Positions 19,364-29,075 of a DNA stretch of 64,000 nucleotides are shown in pieces. The DNA comes from Bacilli bacterium (GTDB lineage: Bacteria > Bacillota_I > Bacilli_A > RFN20 > CAG-826). A model generated the notes under the pieces. The model was not told where the DNA came from, did no database searches, and saw only the letters and a program-made list of their open reading frames with translations. Both the position numbers and the translations under genes were made by a program. Position 1 is the first letter of the stretch. The number at the start of each line of letters is the position of its first letter. The stretch is taken from NCBI GenBank assembly GCA_045615545.1, contig JAZLFA010000037.1, forward strand, positions 5,427 through 69,426, read 5' to 3'.

Positions 19364-20689
19364 ATGTTTAAAACAATTGTTGCATTAGCTACACCCCCAA
19401 TGAAAAGTGCATTAGCCATTATCCGTGTAAGTGGCGATGATTGTTTTGACATTGTTTCTAAAATCTTTAAAAAAGATATTAGAGATATAGATAAAAGAAC
19501 CGCATTGGTGGGCGAAATAGTTGATGATGGTAAATTAATTGATGAAGTTGTATTAATTGCCTATAAAGGGCCAAAAAGCTTTACTGGCGAGGATTTAGTT
19601 GAAATAATTTGCCACGGATCCATGCTTATTGCAAATCAAATAATCGAACTATTATTAAAACATGGTGCGACACTTGCTACAAACGGAGAATATTCTCAAA
19701 GAGCTTTTATAAACAATCGTATCGATTTGGTTCAAGCCGAAGCAATCAATGATGTAATTAATTCAATTAGTGACGAAGCTAAAGAATTGTCGCTCCTTTC
19801 TTTGAAAGGCAACACAAGCGAATTATTGGTACCAGTCAAAACAAAACTTGCTGATTTGCTTGCTCTAATAGAAGTTAATATCGATTTCCCTGAATATGAA
19901 GACATAGAGATAGCTAACAAAGAAATGGTTATTAAATATGTTGATGAAATAACAGCATCAATAAAAGGCCTAATTTCAGATGGACAAAAAGGATTGATTG
20001 TTAAAGAAGGAATTAATGTCGCAATAGTTGGGAAACCTAATGTTGGAAAATCATCTTTATTAAATGTATTACTTGGAGAGAACAAAGCAATTGTAACTGA
20101 TGTTGCCGGCACAACACGTGATATTGTTGAAGGAGATGTGAAACTAAATGGTATTATTCTACATTTACTTGATACAGCCGGTATTAGAGAATCAAAAGAT
20201 GTGGTAGAAACCATTGGTGTAAACAAGAGCATCGATACAATTAAAAAGGCCGACCTTGTTTTAGTTGTTCTTGATGCCTCAAACGAACTTACAAAAGAAG
20301 ATTATGAGGTTTTAGACCTCGTGAAAGATACTAATTTTATTATTATTAATAATAAATGTGATATTGGAAAAAAGAAAATGGAAGGTGTCTGTGTGTCTGT
20401 TAAAAATAACGACCTTTCCGAACTAACTGAAGCAATAAAAGATAAATTTGAATTAACAGATAAAGTATTTAAAACCCCTTCTTTAAATAACGCTAGACAG
20501 TTGGGTTTATTAAAGAACGCCAATGAATCGTTATTAAAAGCGAAAGAAGACGCCTTAAATGATTTATCTATTGATTTGGTGTGCGTTTCATTAAAGGATG
20601 CGTACAATTCTATATTAAGAATAATTGGAGAAGATAATTCTTTAGATTTTTCCAAAGAGATTTTCTCAAGATTTTGTGTTGGCAAATAA
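19364..20689 (+). CDS. mnmE: tRNA modification GTPase MnmE (TrmE)
   Basis: N-terminus MFKTIVALATPPMKSALAIIRVSG, G domain GKPNVGKSSLLN, C-terminal CVGK. The start was moved from the ORF-track GTG at 19346 (which lies inside the hairpin) to the ATG at 19364. Confidence 0.9.
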   Translation: MFKTIVALATPPMKSALAIIRVSGDDCFDIVSKIFKKDIRDIDKRTALVGEIVDDGKLIDEVVLIAYKGPKSFTGEDLVEIICHGSMLIANQIIELLLKHGATLATNGEYSQRAFINNRIDLVQAEAINDVINSISDEAKELSLLSLKGNTSELLVPVKTKLADLLALIEVNIDFPEYEDIEIANKEMVIKYVDEITASIKGLISDGQKGLIVKEGINVAIVGKPNVGKSSLLNVLLGENKAIVTDVAGTTRDIVEGDVKLNGIILHLLDTAGIRESKDVVETIGVNKSIDTIKKADLVLVVLDASNELTKEDYEVLDLVKDTNFIIINNKCDIGKKKMEGVCVSVKNNDLSELTEAIKDKFELTDKVFKTPSLNNARQLGLLKNANESLLKAKEDALNDLSIDLVCVSLKDAYNSILRIIGEDNSLDFSKEIFSRFCVGK

Positions 20690-20690
20690 T

Positions 20691-21461
20691 ATGATTTTTG
20701 ATACCCATTGTCATTTGAATAGTAAAAAGCTATATCCAAATATCATTGAACACATAGAAAACGCTAAAAAAGCAGGCGTATCTTCTTTTTTAGTTGTTGG
20801 TTACAATAAAGAGACATCGTTGCTTGCTGTTCAAATTGCAGAAAAATTTGATTTTTGTTACGCAGCAATTGGATTTCACCCAAGCGAAATATTTGATGTA
20901 TCAGAAGAAGATTTTCAAGAAGTATTTAAATATGTAAAACACCCAAAAGTTAAGGCTATTGGAGAAATAGGGCTTGATTATCACTGGGAAAAAGATCCAA
21001 TTAGAAGAGAAATTCAAAAAGAATACTTTATTCGCCAAATTGAAATTGCAAACGAAGCCAATTTGCCAATCACAGTCCATAACCGTGAATCAAACAACGA
21101 CTGCTTTGAGATTTTAAAAGAATATAGGCCCAAAATGGGAGGGATAATGCATTGCTGTTCTTGTAGCGTTGAAATGATGAAAGAACTTGTAGAAATTGGT
21201 ATGTATATTTCTCTTGGAGGGCCAGTAACTTTTACTAACGCAAAAACACCAAAAGAAGTTGCGTATGAATGTCCTGAAGATAGGCTTTTGGTTGAGACCG
21301 ACGCGCCTTACCTTTCGCCACATCCATTAAGAGGCACAATCAACGTTCCAAAAAATATTGAATTAGTTGTTGATGAGATAGCAAAAATTAGAGACATATC
21401 TAAGAAACATTTAGAAGATATTCTGTATAATAATTCTTGTCGTATTTTAAATATCAAATGA
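20691..21461 (+). CDS. tatD: TatD-family metal-dependent DNase/hydrolase
   Basis: MIFDTHCHL start. TatD motifs GFHP and EIGLD. The ATG lies 1 nt after the mnmE stop. Confidence 0.8.
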   Translation: MIFDTHCHLNSKKLYPNIIEHIENAKKAGVSSFLVVGYNKETSLLAVQIAEKFDFCYAAIGFHPSEIFDVSEEDFQEVFKYVKHPKVKAIGEIGLDYHWEKDPIRREIQKEYFIRQIEIANEANLPITVHNRESNNDCFEILKEYRPKMGGIMHCCSCSVEMMKELVEIGMYISLGGPVTFTNAKTPKEVAYECPEDRLLVETDAPYLSPHPLRGTINVPKNIELVVDEIAKIRDISKKHLEDILYNNSCRILNIK

Positions 21462-21991
21462 AACCATATATAAATGCAATTTTATTAGTAGAAGGGCAAC
21501 ACGATAAAAGCCGGATTTTAACCATTTTTGATTGTGAAATTCTTGTGTGTAATGGTTATGATGTTGATCGACGCATTATTGAATATTTAACTGCTGTAAA
21601 TGATTTTAAAAAAATCATTATCTTTACCGACCCTGATGAAGCTGGAAGGAAAATCAACGATAATTGGAAGACACTAATACCTTTTGCAGAAAGCCTTAGT
21701 GTTGATATTAATAAATGTAACAAAAGAAACAAACACGGAGTTGCAGAATGTTCCCTTGAAGAGATAGAAAAAACACTTAAACCGTATATAGAAAATAAAC
21801 CAAACAACTCTATTACTAAACTCGATCTTTATGACTTAGATCTTATTGGCAAAAATCGTTCTAAATTATTAAGAGAAAAAGTGTGTGAAAAATACCATGT
21901 ATTAAATGATTCAACAAGCACTTTTTTAAACTGTTTAAATTCACTTAAAATAACTAAGGAAGAAATATGGAAATTTCTCGAAACAATATAA
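21458..21991 (+). CDS. rnmV: Ribonuclease M5 (Toprim domain, 5S rRNA maturase)
   Basis: ILLVEGQHDKSRI and IFTDPDEAGRKI Toprim motifs. ATGA overlap with tatD. tatD - rnmV - ksgA synteny matches Bacillus. Confidence 0.75.
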   Translation: MKPYINAILLVEGQHDKSRILTIFDCEILVCNGYDVDRRIIEYLTAVNDFKKIIIFTDPDEAGRKINDNWKTLIPFAESLSVDINKCNKRNKHGVAECSLEEIEKTLKPYIENKPNNSITKLDLYDLDLIGKNRSKLLREKVCEKYHVLNDSTSTFLNCLNSLKITKEEIWKFLETI

Positions 21992-22776
21992 ATGAAATTT
22001 TAAATAAAACTAATATTCATCCTAGTAAAGACTATGGGCAGAATTTTTTAGTGGAACCATCTGTAAGTAAAAGCATAGTTGATGCATTAGATATAAAGGA
22101 AAGTGATATGGTGTTAGAAATTGGTCCGGGTTTAGGATCGCTAACGCACTTTTTATCATTAACAAAAGCAAACATAGATGTTGTGGATATAGACTATCAA
22201 ATGACAAGTTGGCTAAATGTAATATATAAAGAGAATAATAATATAAAAATAATAACAAATGATGTTAGAAAAACCGATGTTTCAAAATATAATAAAATAA
22301 TTGCAAATTTGCCTTATAATGTCACCACTGAATTAATTGTATTTTTATTAAATTTTGCCACCAATGCAAAAAAGCTTGTTTTAATGTGCCAGAGCGAAAC
22401 ATTTGAACACTTTTTTCAAACAAGCGGAAGCGAATATGGGCCGACGTCGGTTCTTATCCATTTGTTAGGTAATATTAAAAAAGAAGTTGTTGTTAAGGCA
22501 GGCAGTTTTGTACCCGCTCCAAAATGTAATAGCACTGTGTTTTCTATCCAGATATCTGAAGATGCAAATTTTAATCAAGCAACTAATGTTTATAAGTTTG
22601 CAAAAGCTTTGTTTGTAAATAGAAGAAAAACAATTTTAAATAATTTAACTCTTTATTTAAAAAATAAAGAGAATGCACTATTAGCATTAACTAAATTGTC
22701 TATCGATCCCCAAACTAGGCCAGAAAACATATCGCCTGAAAAATATTTAAATTTGTATGAAAATTTAAGTTATTAA
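21967..22776 (+). CDS. rsmA: 16S rRNA (adenine1518/1519-N6)-dimethyltransferase RsmA/KsgA
   Basis: 269 aa. GQNFLVE and EIGPGLGSLT SAM-binding motifs. Confidence 0.85.
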   Translation: MEISRNNINEILNKTNIHPSKDYGQNFLVEPSVSKSIVDALDIKESDMVLEIGPGLGSLTHFLSLTKANIDVVDIDYQMTSWLNVIYKENNNIKIITNDVRKTDVSKYNKIIANLPYNVTTELIVFLLNFATNAKKLVLMCQSETFEHFFQTSGSEYGPTSVLIHLLGNIKKEVVVKAGSFVPAPKCNSTVFSIQISEDANFNQATNVYKFAKALFVNRRKTILNNLTLYLKNKENALLALTKLSIDPQTRPENISPEKYLNLYENLSY

Positions 22777-22809
22777 ATTTATGTATTGTGCTAAAATGAA
22801 AGAAACATT

Positions 22810-23685
22810 ATGAAAAAATATTTATTTTTAAAAACACATGTTGCTAAAAGTTATGCAAAAATTAACATAGCTTTAAATGTTGCTGGAAAAAGAGAAGATG
22901 GATACCACGAGCTTGATATGATTATGGTTCCGCTAAAACTTCACGATACACTAATTTTTACTGCTCTTGAAAACAGAGAGCATGACAGCATTACAATTGA
23001 TAACTTTTCAATAATTGCGGAAAGAAACAATCTTGTTTCAAGAGCAATCGAAATGTTTGATAAGATTGTAGATATCAAGCAACATTTTAGTGTATATATT
23101 CACAAAGTAACCCCAATTAAAGGTGGCTTTGGCGGAGGATCCAGCAATGCCGCCGCAACATTAAAATTATTGAATAGAATTTATAAAGCTGACTTTGATG
23201 ATGATGCTTTAAAATTAATGGCTCTAAAACTAGGATCTGACGTGCCGTTTTTTATAGACAACAAACCTGCAAGATGTAGAGGGGTTGGAGAAAAGATTGA
23301 ACCAATAATTATTAAAAATAATTATTTTGTATTAACAGTTAAACCAAAAGATGGGTGCTCAACAAAAGAAGTCTTTTCAAAATGCGACGAATTTACCTTA
23401 AAAACATGTGATATGGACTTAGTAATATCGGCATTAGAAAATGGAGATGACGAGTTGCTTGCTAAGTCTATATGTAATTCATTAGAAGAACCAGCAAGTA
23501 AGATTGTTCCTGAAATACTTGTTATTGAGGAAACACTTCGTTCCCTTGGTCTTTCCATTGTTGGCATGACAGGATCTGGAAGTGGCGTGTTTGCAATGTC
23601 TACAAATAAATCTTTATTGAAGAAAGCTTATAAAGCATTAATTAATAAAGACTACGAAATTGAGTTTACAAAGGTGTTGAAATAA
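22810..23685 (+). CDS. ispE: 4-diphosphocytidyl-2-C-methyl-D-erythritol kinase (MEP pathway)
   Basis: 291 aa. GHMP kinase motifs (KINIALNV, PIKGGFGGGSSNAAA). ksgA - ispE synteny. Confidence 0.85.
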   Translation: MKKYLFLKTHVAKSYAKINIALNVAGKREDGYHELDMIMVPLKLHDTLIFTALENREHDSITIDNFSIIAERNNLVSRAIEMFDKIVDIKQHFSVYIHKVTPIKGGFGGGSSNAAATLKLLNRIYKADFDDDALKLMALKLGSDVPFFIDNKPARCRGVGEKIEPIIIKNNYFVLTVKPKDGCSTKEVFSKCDEFTLKTCDMDLVISALENGDDELLAKSICNSLEEPASKIVPEILVIEETLRSLGLSIVGMTGSGSGVFAMSTNKSLLKKAYKALINKDYEIEFTKVLK

Positions 23686-23686
23686 T

Positions 23687-23935
23687 ATGTTGGTTGTTGA
23701 TTCGTTTGGAAAGAACATCTACATGGATGGCGAACTAATAGGATATATTGGAGAAAATGTCTTATATATAAATGGACATAAATTTGCAGATTTGTCCGAT
23801 GAGGGAGTTATTTCCTATGGCGACGTTAAAATAGGTTTTGTTGATGAAACAAACTCAATTATAGTTAAAGACAAAGAGGTTGGATACATTGATGCCGATT
23901 GCAATTTTGTCTTTTATAAAGTATTTAAAATTTAA
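23687..23935 (+). CDS. Small hypothetical protein with three internal beta-strand-like repeats
   Basis: 82 aa. Repeats GELIGYIGENVLYING, DEGVISYGDVKIGFVDE and DKEVGYIDADCNFVFY. The ATG lies 2 nt after the ispE stop. Confidence 0.4.
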   Translation: MLVVDSFGKNIYMDGELIGYIGENVLYINGHKFADLSDEGVISYGDVKIGFVDETNSIIVKDKEVGYIDADCNFVFYKVFKI

Positions 23936-23946
23936 GGAGAGAAATT

Positions 23947-24894
23947 ATGGTAATTATTGGAATTGATATAGGTGGAACCTCAATTAAAGGGGCTGCCGTT
24001 AGAAATAATAGTCAAATATTGGGCCAATTCGTTAGCGAGGTAATTAAAGGTGAATCTAGTGATGATACCATTAATAGATTAATAAAGAATGTATTGGAAT
24101 TTATTCCAACAATACCTATTGATTCTCGTGAATTATGTGGCATAGGAATAGGCGTTCCTGGATCAATCAACACCACTACCGGTTACGTAAATTTCTCGCC
24201 AAACTTAAAATGGTATGATGTTCCTCTTAAGAAAATGATGGAAGATGCCACCCATTTACCTGTAAAAATTACAAATGACGCTAATGCGGCGGGGCTTGGT
24301 GAAGCACACTTTGGAAGTGGCAAACAGTTCAAAGATGTTATTGTTCTTACACTTGGTACAGGCGTAGGAGGAGCAATTATCCTTGATCACAAACTATTCG
24401 AAGGTAATGAAGGAAAAGCTGCTGAGATGGGCCATATGGTAATTGAATTAGATGGAAGACCATGTGGATGTGGAAGGAATGGCTGTTTAGAATCATATGC
24501 ATCAGCAACCGCGTTAATAAACGACACAAAACATGCAATGGAAGAAAACAAAGATTCTTTACTTTGGAAGTTTGCCGAAGGCGACATTAATAAAGTAAAC
24601 GGCAAAACTCCATTTGATGCAGCAAAAGCCGGTGACAAAGTGGCCAACGAAGTAATAAACAACTATGTCAAATATCTTGGCGAAGGAATATTAAATTACT
24701 GTAATATTTTTAGACCAAACGCTGTCATTATTTCTGGCGGCATTTCTAAGCAAGGCGATTACTTATTTGATAAGCTAAAAGAATATTGTGCAAAATGGGA
24801 TTATGGATATCCAAACACACCCGTCCCAGAAATTTTACCTGCAGTACTTGGATATGAATCAGGTATGGTTGGGGCCGCTTGTTTGTTCTTCTAA
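23947..24894 (+). CDS. glcK: ROK-family glucokinase
   Basis: 315 aa. N-terminal GIDIGGT motif, ROK signature and a CxCGxxGC zinc motif (CGCGRNGCLE). Confidence 0.75.
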   Translation: MVIIGIDIGGTSIKGAAVRNNSQILGQFVSEVIKGESSDDTINRLIKNVLEFIPTIPIDSRELCGIGIGVPGSINTTTGYVNFSPNLKWYDVPLKKMMEDATHLPVKITNDANAAGLGEAHFGSGKQFKDVIVLTLGTGVGGAIILDHKLFEGNEGKAAEMGHMVIELDGRPCGCGRNGCLESYASATALINDTKHAMEENKDSLLWKFAEGDINKVNGKTPFDAAKAGDKVANEVINNYVKYLGEGILNYCNIFRPNAVIISGGISKQGDYLFDKLKEYCAKWDYGYPNTPVPEILPAVLGYESGMVGAACLFF

Positions 24895-24911
24895 TTTAAA
24901 AAATTAACTAT

Positions 24912-24976
24912 AAAAAACGCACAGGTTAATGTGCGTTTTATTTTTTAAAATAAAAGGGACATCACGAAGATGCCCC
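24912..24976. terminator. Back-to-back intrinsic terminators, one for glcK (+) and one for ppdK (-)
   Basis: ACGCACA-GGUUAA-UGUGCGU then U-run (24917-24946, plus strand). GGGGCAUC-UUCGU-GAUGUCCC then UUUUAUUUU on the minus strand (24947-24976). Confidence 0.55.
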
Positions 24977-24995
24977 TAATTTTAGTTTGTTTAAA

Positions 24996-27632
24996 CTATT
25001 TTCTTGGGTTCTTAATTGCAGCTTGAGCAGCAGCTAATCTTGCAACTGGAACACGGAATGGTGAACATGAGACATAATCAAGTCCAGCCTTGTGGTAGAA
25101 TTCGATGGATTTTGGATCGCCACCTGTTTCGCCACAGACACCAACGTGTAATTCTTTACGAGTGCCACGGCCAAGTTTGACAGCGTTGTTCACAAGTTTA
25201 CCAACACCGTTTTGGTCGAGAGTCTTGAATGGATCTTCTTCAAAGATTTTGGTTTCGTAATATGATGGTAAGAATTTACCAGCGTCATCACGAGAGAAGC
25301 CAAATGTCATTTGAGTTAAGTCATTTGTACCAAATGAGAAGAATTCAGCTTCGCTAGCAATTTCGTCAGCTAATAATGCGGCACGTGGAATTTCAATCAT
25401 TGTACCAACGTGGTATTGCATCTTAAGACCGCTTGCAGCAATTAATTCATCAGCTGTTTCACAGATGAGTTTCTTAACAAAACGTAATTCTTTAACTTCA
25501 AGAACGAGTGGTACCATAATTTCAGGTGACACTAATTTGCCAGTTCTCTTGCTTACAGCAATAGCAGCTTTAATAATAGCTCTTGTTTGCATTCTGCAGA
25601 TTTCTGGATATGTGACAGCTAGACGGCATCCACGGTGACCCATCATTGGGTTAGCTTCTTTTAAGTCATGAATTCTGTCTTTTACTTCATCAACTGATTT
25701 GCCGATTGCAACCGCTAACTCTTTAATTAAGGATTCTTCTTGTGGAAGGAATTCGTGTAGAGGTGGATCTAATAAACGTACATTGACGTTCATTCCGTCC
25801 ATAATCTCATATAAGCCTTCAAAGTCTTTTTGTTGCATTGGTTCGAGTTCTGCTAATGCAGCTTCACGACCTTCAACTGTGTCAGCTAAGATCATTTTTC
25901 TCATCGAGAAGATACGATCTTTATCAAAGAACATATGTTCTGTACGGCATAATCCAATACCTTCTGCACCAAAGATTTTTGCTTGGTTAGCATCTCTTGG
26001 TGTATCGGCATTTGTTCTAACTTTTAAGTCTCTATTTTCATCGACCCATTTCATTAATCTTCCGAAATAGCCAGAAGTTAAGTCTGGATCAACTGTTTTA
26101 ATGTTACCTAAATAGACATTACCTGTACTACCATCAATTGAGAATGTATCTTTATCGGTATAAACTTTACCATTAATGGTAACTGTTTTCTTTTCTTCGT
26201 CGATAATTGCTTCACTACAACCACAGACACAGCATTTACCCATACCACGAGCAACAACAGCTGCGTGTGATGTCATACCGCCGCGCATTGTAAGGACTGC
26301 TTGTGCAGCAACCATACCAACGATATCTTCTGGAGATGTTTCAGCTCTAACGAGAACAACTTTTTCTCCAGCTTTATGTCTGGCTTCAGCTTCTTCAGCT
26401 GTAAAAGCTAATTTACCTGTACCAGCACCTGGTCCAGCAGCTAAACCTTTGGCGATTGGGCTTGCTTTAGCAAGTTCATCACGATCAAAGCCTGGTAATA
26501 ATAATTTATCGAATGTTAATGCATCAATTCTGCAAACAGCTTCTTTTTCATCGATTAAGCCTTCATCGACTAAGTCACAGGCAATCTTTAAAGCAGCTGC
26601 TGGAGTTCTCTTACCATTACGTGTTTGTAAGAAGTATAAGACTCCGTCTTCAACTGTGAATTCCATATCTTGCATATCGCGATAATGGGCTTCCATTGTT
26701 TTGATTGTTTTAACGAATTGTTCATAGACGCCTGGCATTCTATTTTTGAGTTCTTCAATGTGAAGAGGTGTTCTAATACCTGCAACAACGTCTTCGCCTT
26801 GTGCGTTTGGTAAATATTCAGCAGAGATAACCTTTTCACCAGTGCCTGGGTCACGTGAGAACGCAACACCTGTACCAGAAGTTTCACCTTTATTACCAAA
26901 TGCCATTGATTGAACGTTAACAGCGGTTCCCCATGAATATGGGATGTTGTTCATCATACGATAAACGTTTGCTCTTGGGTTGTCCCAGCTTCTAAAGACT
27001 GCTGTAACAGCTTCGATTAATTGAACTTTTGGATCGGTTGGGAATTCTTCACCAAATGTCTTTTTGTAGTAAGCTTTGTACTTAAGCACTAAATCTTTTA
27101 ATTCATCAGCAGTGACTTCGGTGTCGAGTTTATAACCTTTAGAAGTTTTAAGGTCTTCGAGCATTTTATCCATTTCAGTACGTGGATGTCCTTTTGCGAT
27201 GTTTGTAAACATTAAAATAAAACGACGATAGCTATCGAATGCAAATCTTTCGTTATTTGTTTCTTTAGCTAACGCAGCAACAGTAGTGTCATTTAAACCA
27301 AGGTTTAAAATAGTATCCATCATACCAGGCATAGAAACTCTAGCACCTGAACGAACAGAAACCAATAATGGTTTGTGATCTCCACCAAATGTTTTTCCTG
27401 TTTTCTTTTCGATACCTTTTACTGCTTCAAAAACAGCGTTAACAAGGTATTCTGGTAATTTCTTACCATTGTCATAATACAAAGTACAGGCTTCGGTTGT
27501 AATAGTAAAACCTTCTGGAATGCGCACACCAATGTGAGTCATTTCAGCTAAGCCAGCACCTTTTCCACCGAGAAGTTCTTTACCTAATCCGTAAGCTTCT
27601 TCAAATGGATAAACGTATCTTTTTTCGGCCAT
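24996..27632 (-). CDS. ppdK: Pyruvate, phosphate dikinase
   Basis: 878 aa. Collinear with PPDK (N-terminal ATP-grasp, central phospho-His domain GGMTSHAAVVARG, C-terminal PEP-utilising TIM barrel). SD GGAGG. Confidence 0.9.
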   Translation of the reverse strand: MAEKRYVYPFEEAYGLGKELLGGKGAGLAEMTHIGVRIPEGFTITTEACTLYYDNGKKLPEYLVNAVFEAVKGIEKKTGKTFGGDHKPLLVSVRSGARVSMPGMMDTILNLGLNDTTVAALAKETNNERFAFDSYRRFILMFTNIAKGHPRTEMDKMLEDLKTSKGYKLDTEVTADELKDLVLKYKAYYKKTFGEEFPTDPKVQLIEAVTAVFRSWDNPRANVYRMMNNIPYSWGTAVNVQSMAFGNKGETSGTGVAFSRDPGTGEKVISAEYLPNAQGEDVVAGIRTPLHIEELKNRMPGVYEQFVKTIKTMEAHYRDMQDMEFTVEDGVLYFLQTRNGKRTPAAALKIACDLVDEGLIDEKEAVCRIDALTFDKLLLPGFDRDELAKASPIAKGLAAGPGAGTGKLAFTAEEAEARHKAGEKVVLVRAETSPEDIVGMVAAQAVLTMRGGMTSHAAVVARGMGKCCVCGCSEAIIDEEKKTVTINGKVYTDKDTFSIDGSTGNVYLGNIKTVDPDLTSGYFGRLMKWVDENRDLKVRTNADTPRDANQAKIFGAEGIGLCRTEHMFFDKDRIFSMRKMILADTVEGREAALAELEPMQQKDFEGLYEIMDGMNVNVRLLDPPLHEFLPQEESLIKELAVAIGKSVDEVKDRIHDLKEANPMMGHRGCRLAVTYPEICRMQTRAIIKAAIAVSKRTGKLVSPEIMVPLVLEVKELRFVKKLICETADELIAASGLKMQYHVGTMIEIPRAALLADEIASEAEFFSFGTNDLTQMTFGFSRDDAGKFLPSYYETKIFEEDPFKTLDQNGVGKLVNNAVKLGRGTRKELHVGVCGETGGDPKSIEFYHKAGLDYVSCSPFRVPVARLAAAQAAIKNPRK

Positions 27633-27725
27633 ATTTTATCCTCCAATAGGCTATAGTGTTAAAACACTAGCGTATTGATTATACAGGCGCGGCCGCACTC
27701 ATGACAAGCAAAAATATATTTATGT

Positions 27726-28430
27726 TTAACGAATGAGAGAAATTTCGCCAGATGATAATTTTAATATTTGTCCATTGTATTTAACCAATAAATTACCACT
27801 TGCATCTATTCCTTTTGCAATTCCTGATAATGTTTTATTTTGATAAACAAAAGTTATTTTTTTATCTAGAAGATAATCGCATTTATTAAATATTGAAATG
27901 TAGTCATATTTGTCCTGTTTAAATTTTGAAATTGCTAATTTAATGTTTTTTTCTAATGTATTTTTAATTGTATATAACGGAATCTCGGTATTTAATATAT
28001 TAATCATTGAAATTGCGGTATCTAAATTGTGGTTAATTTGGTTAACATTTAGTCCAATTCCTACAATGATGTATTCTGGCAATTTTCCTTCTAATAATAT
28101 TCCGCAAATTTTTTTATTATTGACAATAATGTCATTTGGCCATTTTATATAAATATTCGTAATTCCGAACTGTTCTAATGTTTCTTTTATTGCCGTCCCC
28201 AAAAAAATAGAAAGATGACAAAAACGCGATGTAACTTCTTGATCTTTAATTAAAAACGAGGTGAGTATGTTTTTACCATTTTCGCTTTCCCATGTATGTG
28301 TAAACCGACCATGCCCATCTGTTTGTTCTTCTGCATACACAAATGTAAGCTCTTGGATATCTTTGAGGTGCTCTTTTATATAAGTTGATGTTGAGCTAGT
28401 TTTCTTTAATTCGATACGATTATTTTTCAT
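27726..28430 (-). CDS. birA: Biotin--[acetyl-CoA-carboxylase] ligase, class I (no N-terminal HTH)
   Basis: 234 aa. BPL motif QTDGHGRFTHTWES. A biotin-dependent OAD operon lies nearby. Confidence 0.65.
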   Translation of the reverse strand: MKNNRIELKKTSSTSTYIKEHLKDIQELTFVYAEEQTDGHGRFTHTWESENGKNILTSFLIKDQEVTSRFCHLSIFLGTAIKETLEQFGITNIYIKWPNDIIVNNKKICGILLEGKLPEYIIVGIGLNVNQINHNLDTAISMINILNTEIPLYTIKNTLEKNIKLAISKFKQDKYDYISIFNKCDYLLDKKITFVYQNKTLSGIAKGIDASGNLLVKYNGQILKLSSGEISLIR

Positions 28431-28487
28431 GTAAATATTATATATTTTTTATTGTTTTTATCAATCTGTTGGCTTAACATTAAAAAT

Positions 28488-29045
28488 ATGGAACATAAGA
28501 TTATTCTTTCTGAAAACGAAATCCAAGATATCTGTAAAGATATTGGTTCAAAACTCACAGAGAGATTAAGGGAAGAAAAGAAACCACCTCTTTTTTTAGG
28601 GGTAATGAAAGGGGCGCTTCCATTTTATTGCGATTTGATAAAACAAGTTAAAATAACAATGGTAACGGACTTCATTAGATTATCTTCTTACGACAAGACA
28701 AACAGTACCGGAAAAGTACAAATTAAAAATGAGTTTTCTACTGATGTTTCCAACAGAACAATTGTAATTGTTGAAGATGTTGTTGATACTGGATTATCAA
28801 TGAAGTTCCTCATTGATTACATCAAGAATAATTACAAACCAAAACAGATTATTCTAGTTGCATTATTCAATAAGACATTTGCACGAAAAAACGATATCAA
28901 AGTTGATTATATTGGAAAAGAATTAACGGGAAGTGATTTCTTGATGGGATATGGTCTTGATTATTCTGAATTTGATCGCAATGTTCCTTATGTTTACGCC
29001 GCTAATCCAGAAGATGTAAAATACTGGGATAGCCTATCAAAATAA
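28488..29045 (+). CDS. hpt: Hypoxanthine-guanine phosphoribosyltransferase
   Basis: PRTase motif IVIVEDVVDTGLS. The start was placed at MEHKIILSENE (ATG 28488) rather than the ORF-track start at 28452. Confidence 0.8.
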   Translation: MEHKIILSENEIQDICKDIGSKLTERLREEKKPPLFLGVMKGALPFYCDLIKQVKITMVTDFIRLSSYDKTNSTGKVQIKNEFSTDVSNRTIVIVEDVVDTGLSMKFLIDYIKNNYKPKQIILVALFNKTFARKNDIKVDYIGKELTGSDFLMGYGLDYSEFDRNVPYVYAANPEDVKYWDSLSK

Positions 29046-29075
29046 CCTTATAGGTTATTTTTTATTGGAGGTTTT

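Noticed and set aside
28431-28487. Possible leaderless start for hpt with TTGGCT as -35
   Set aside because: The spacing puts the -10 after the start codon. No convincing promoter geometry. Probably an ordinary short UTR.
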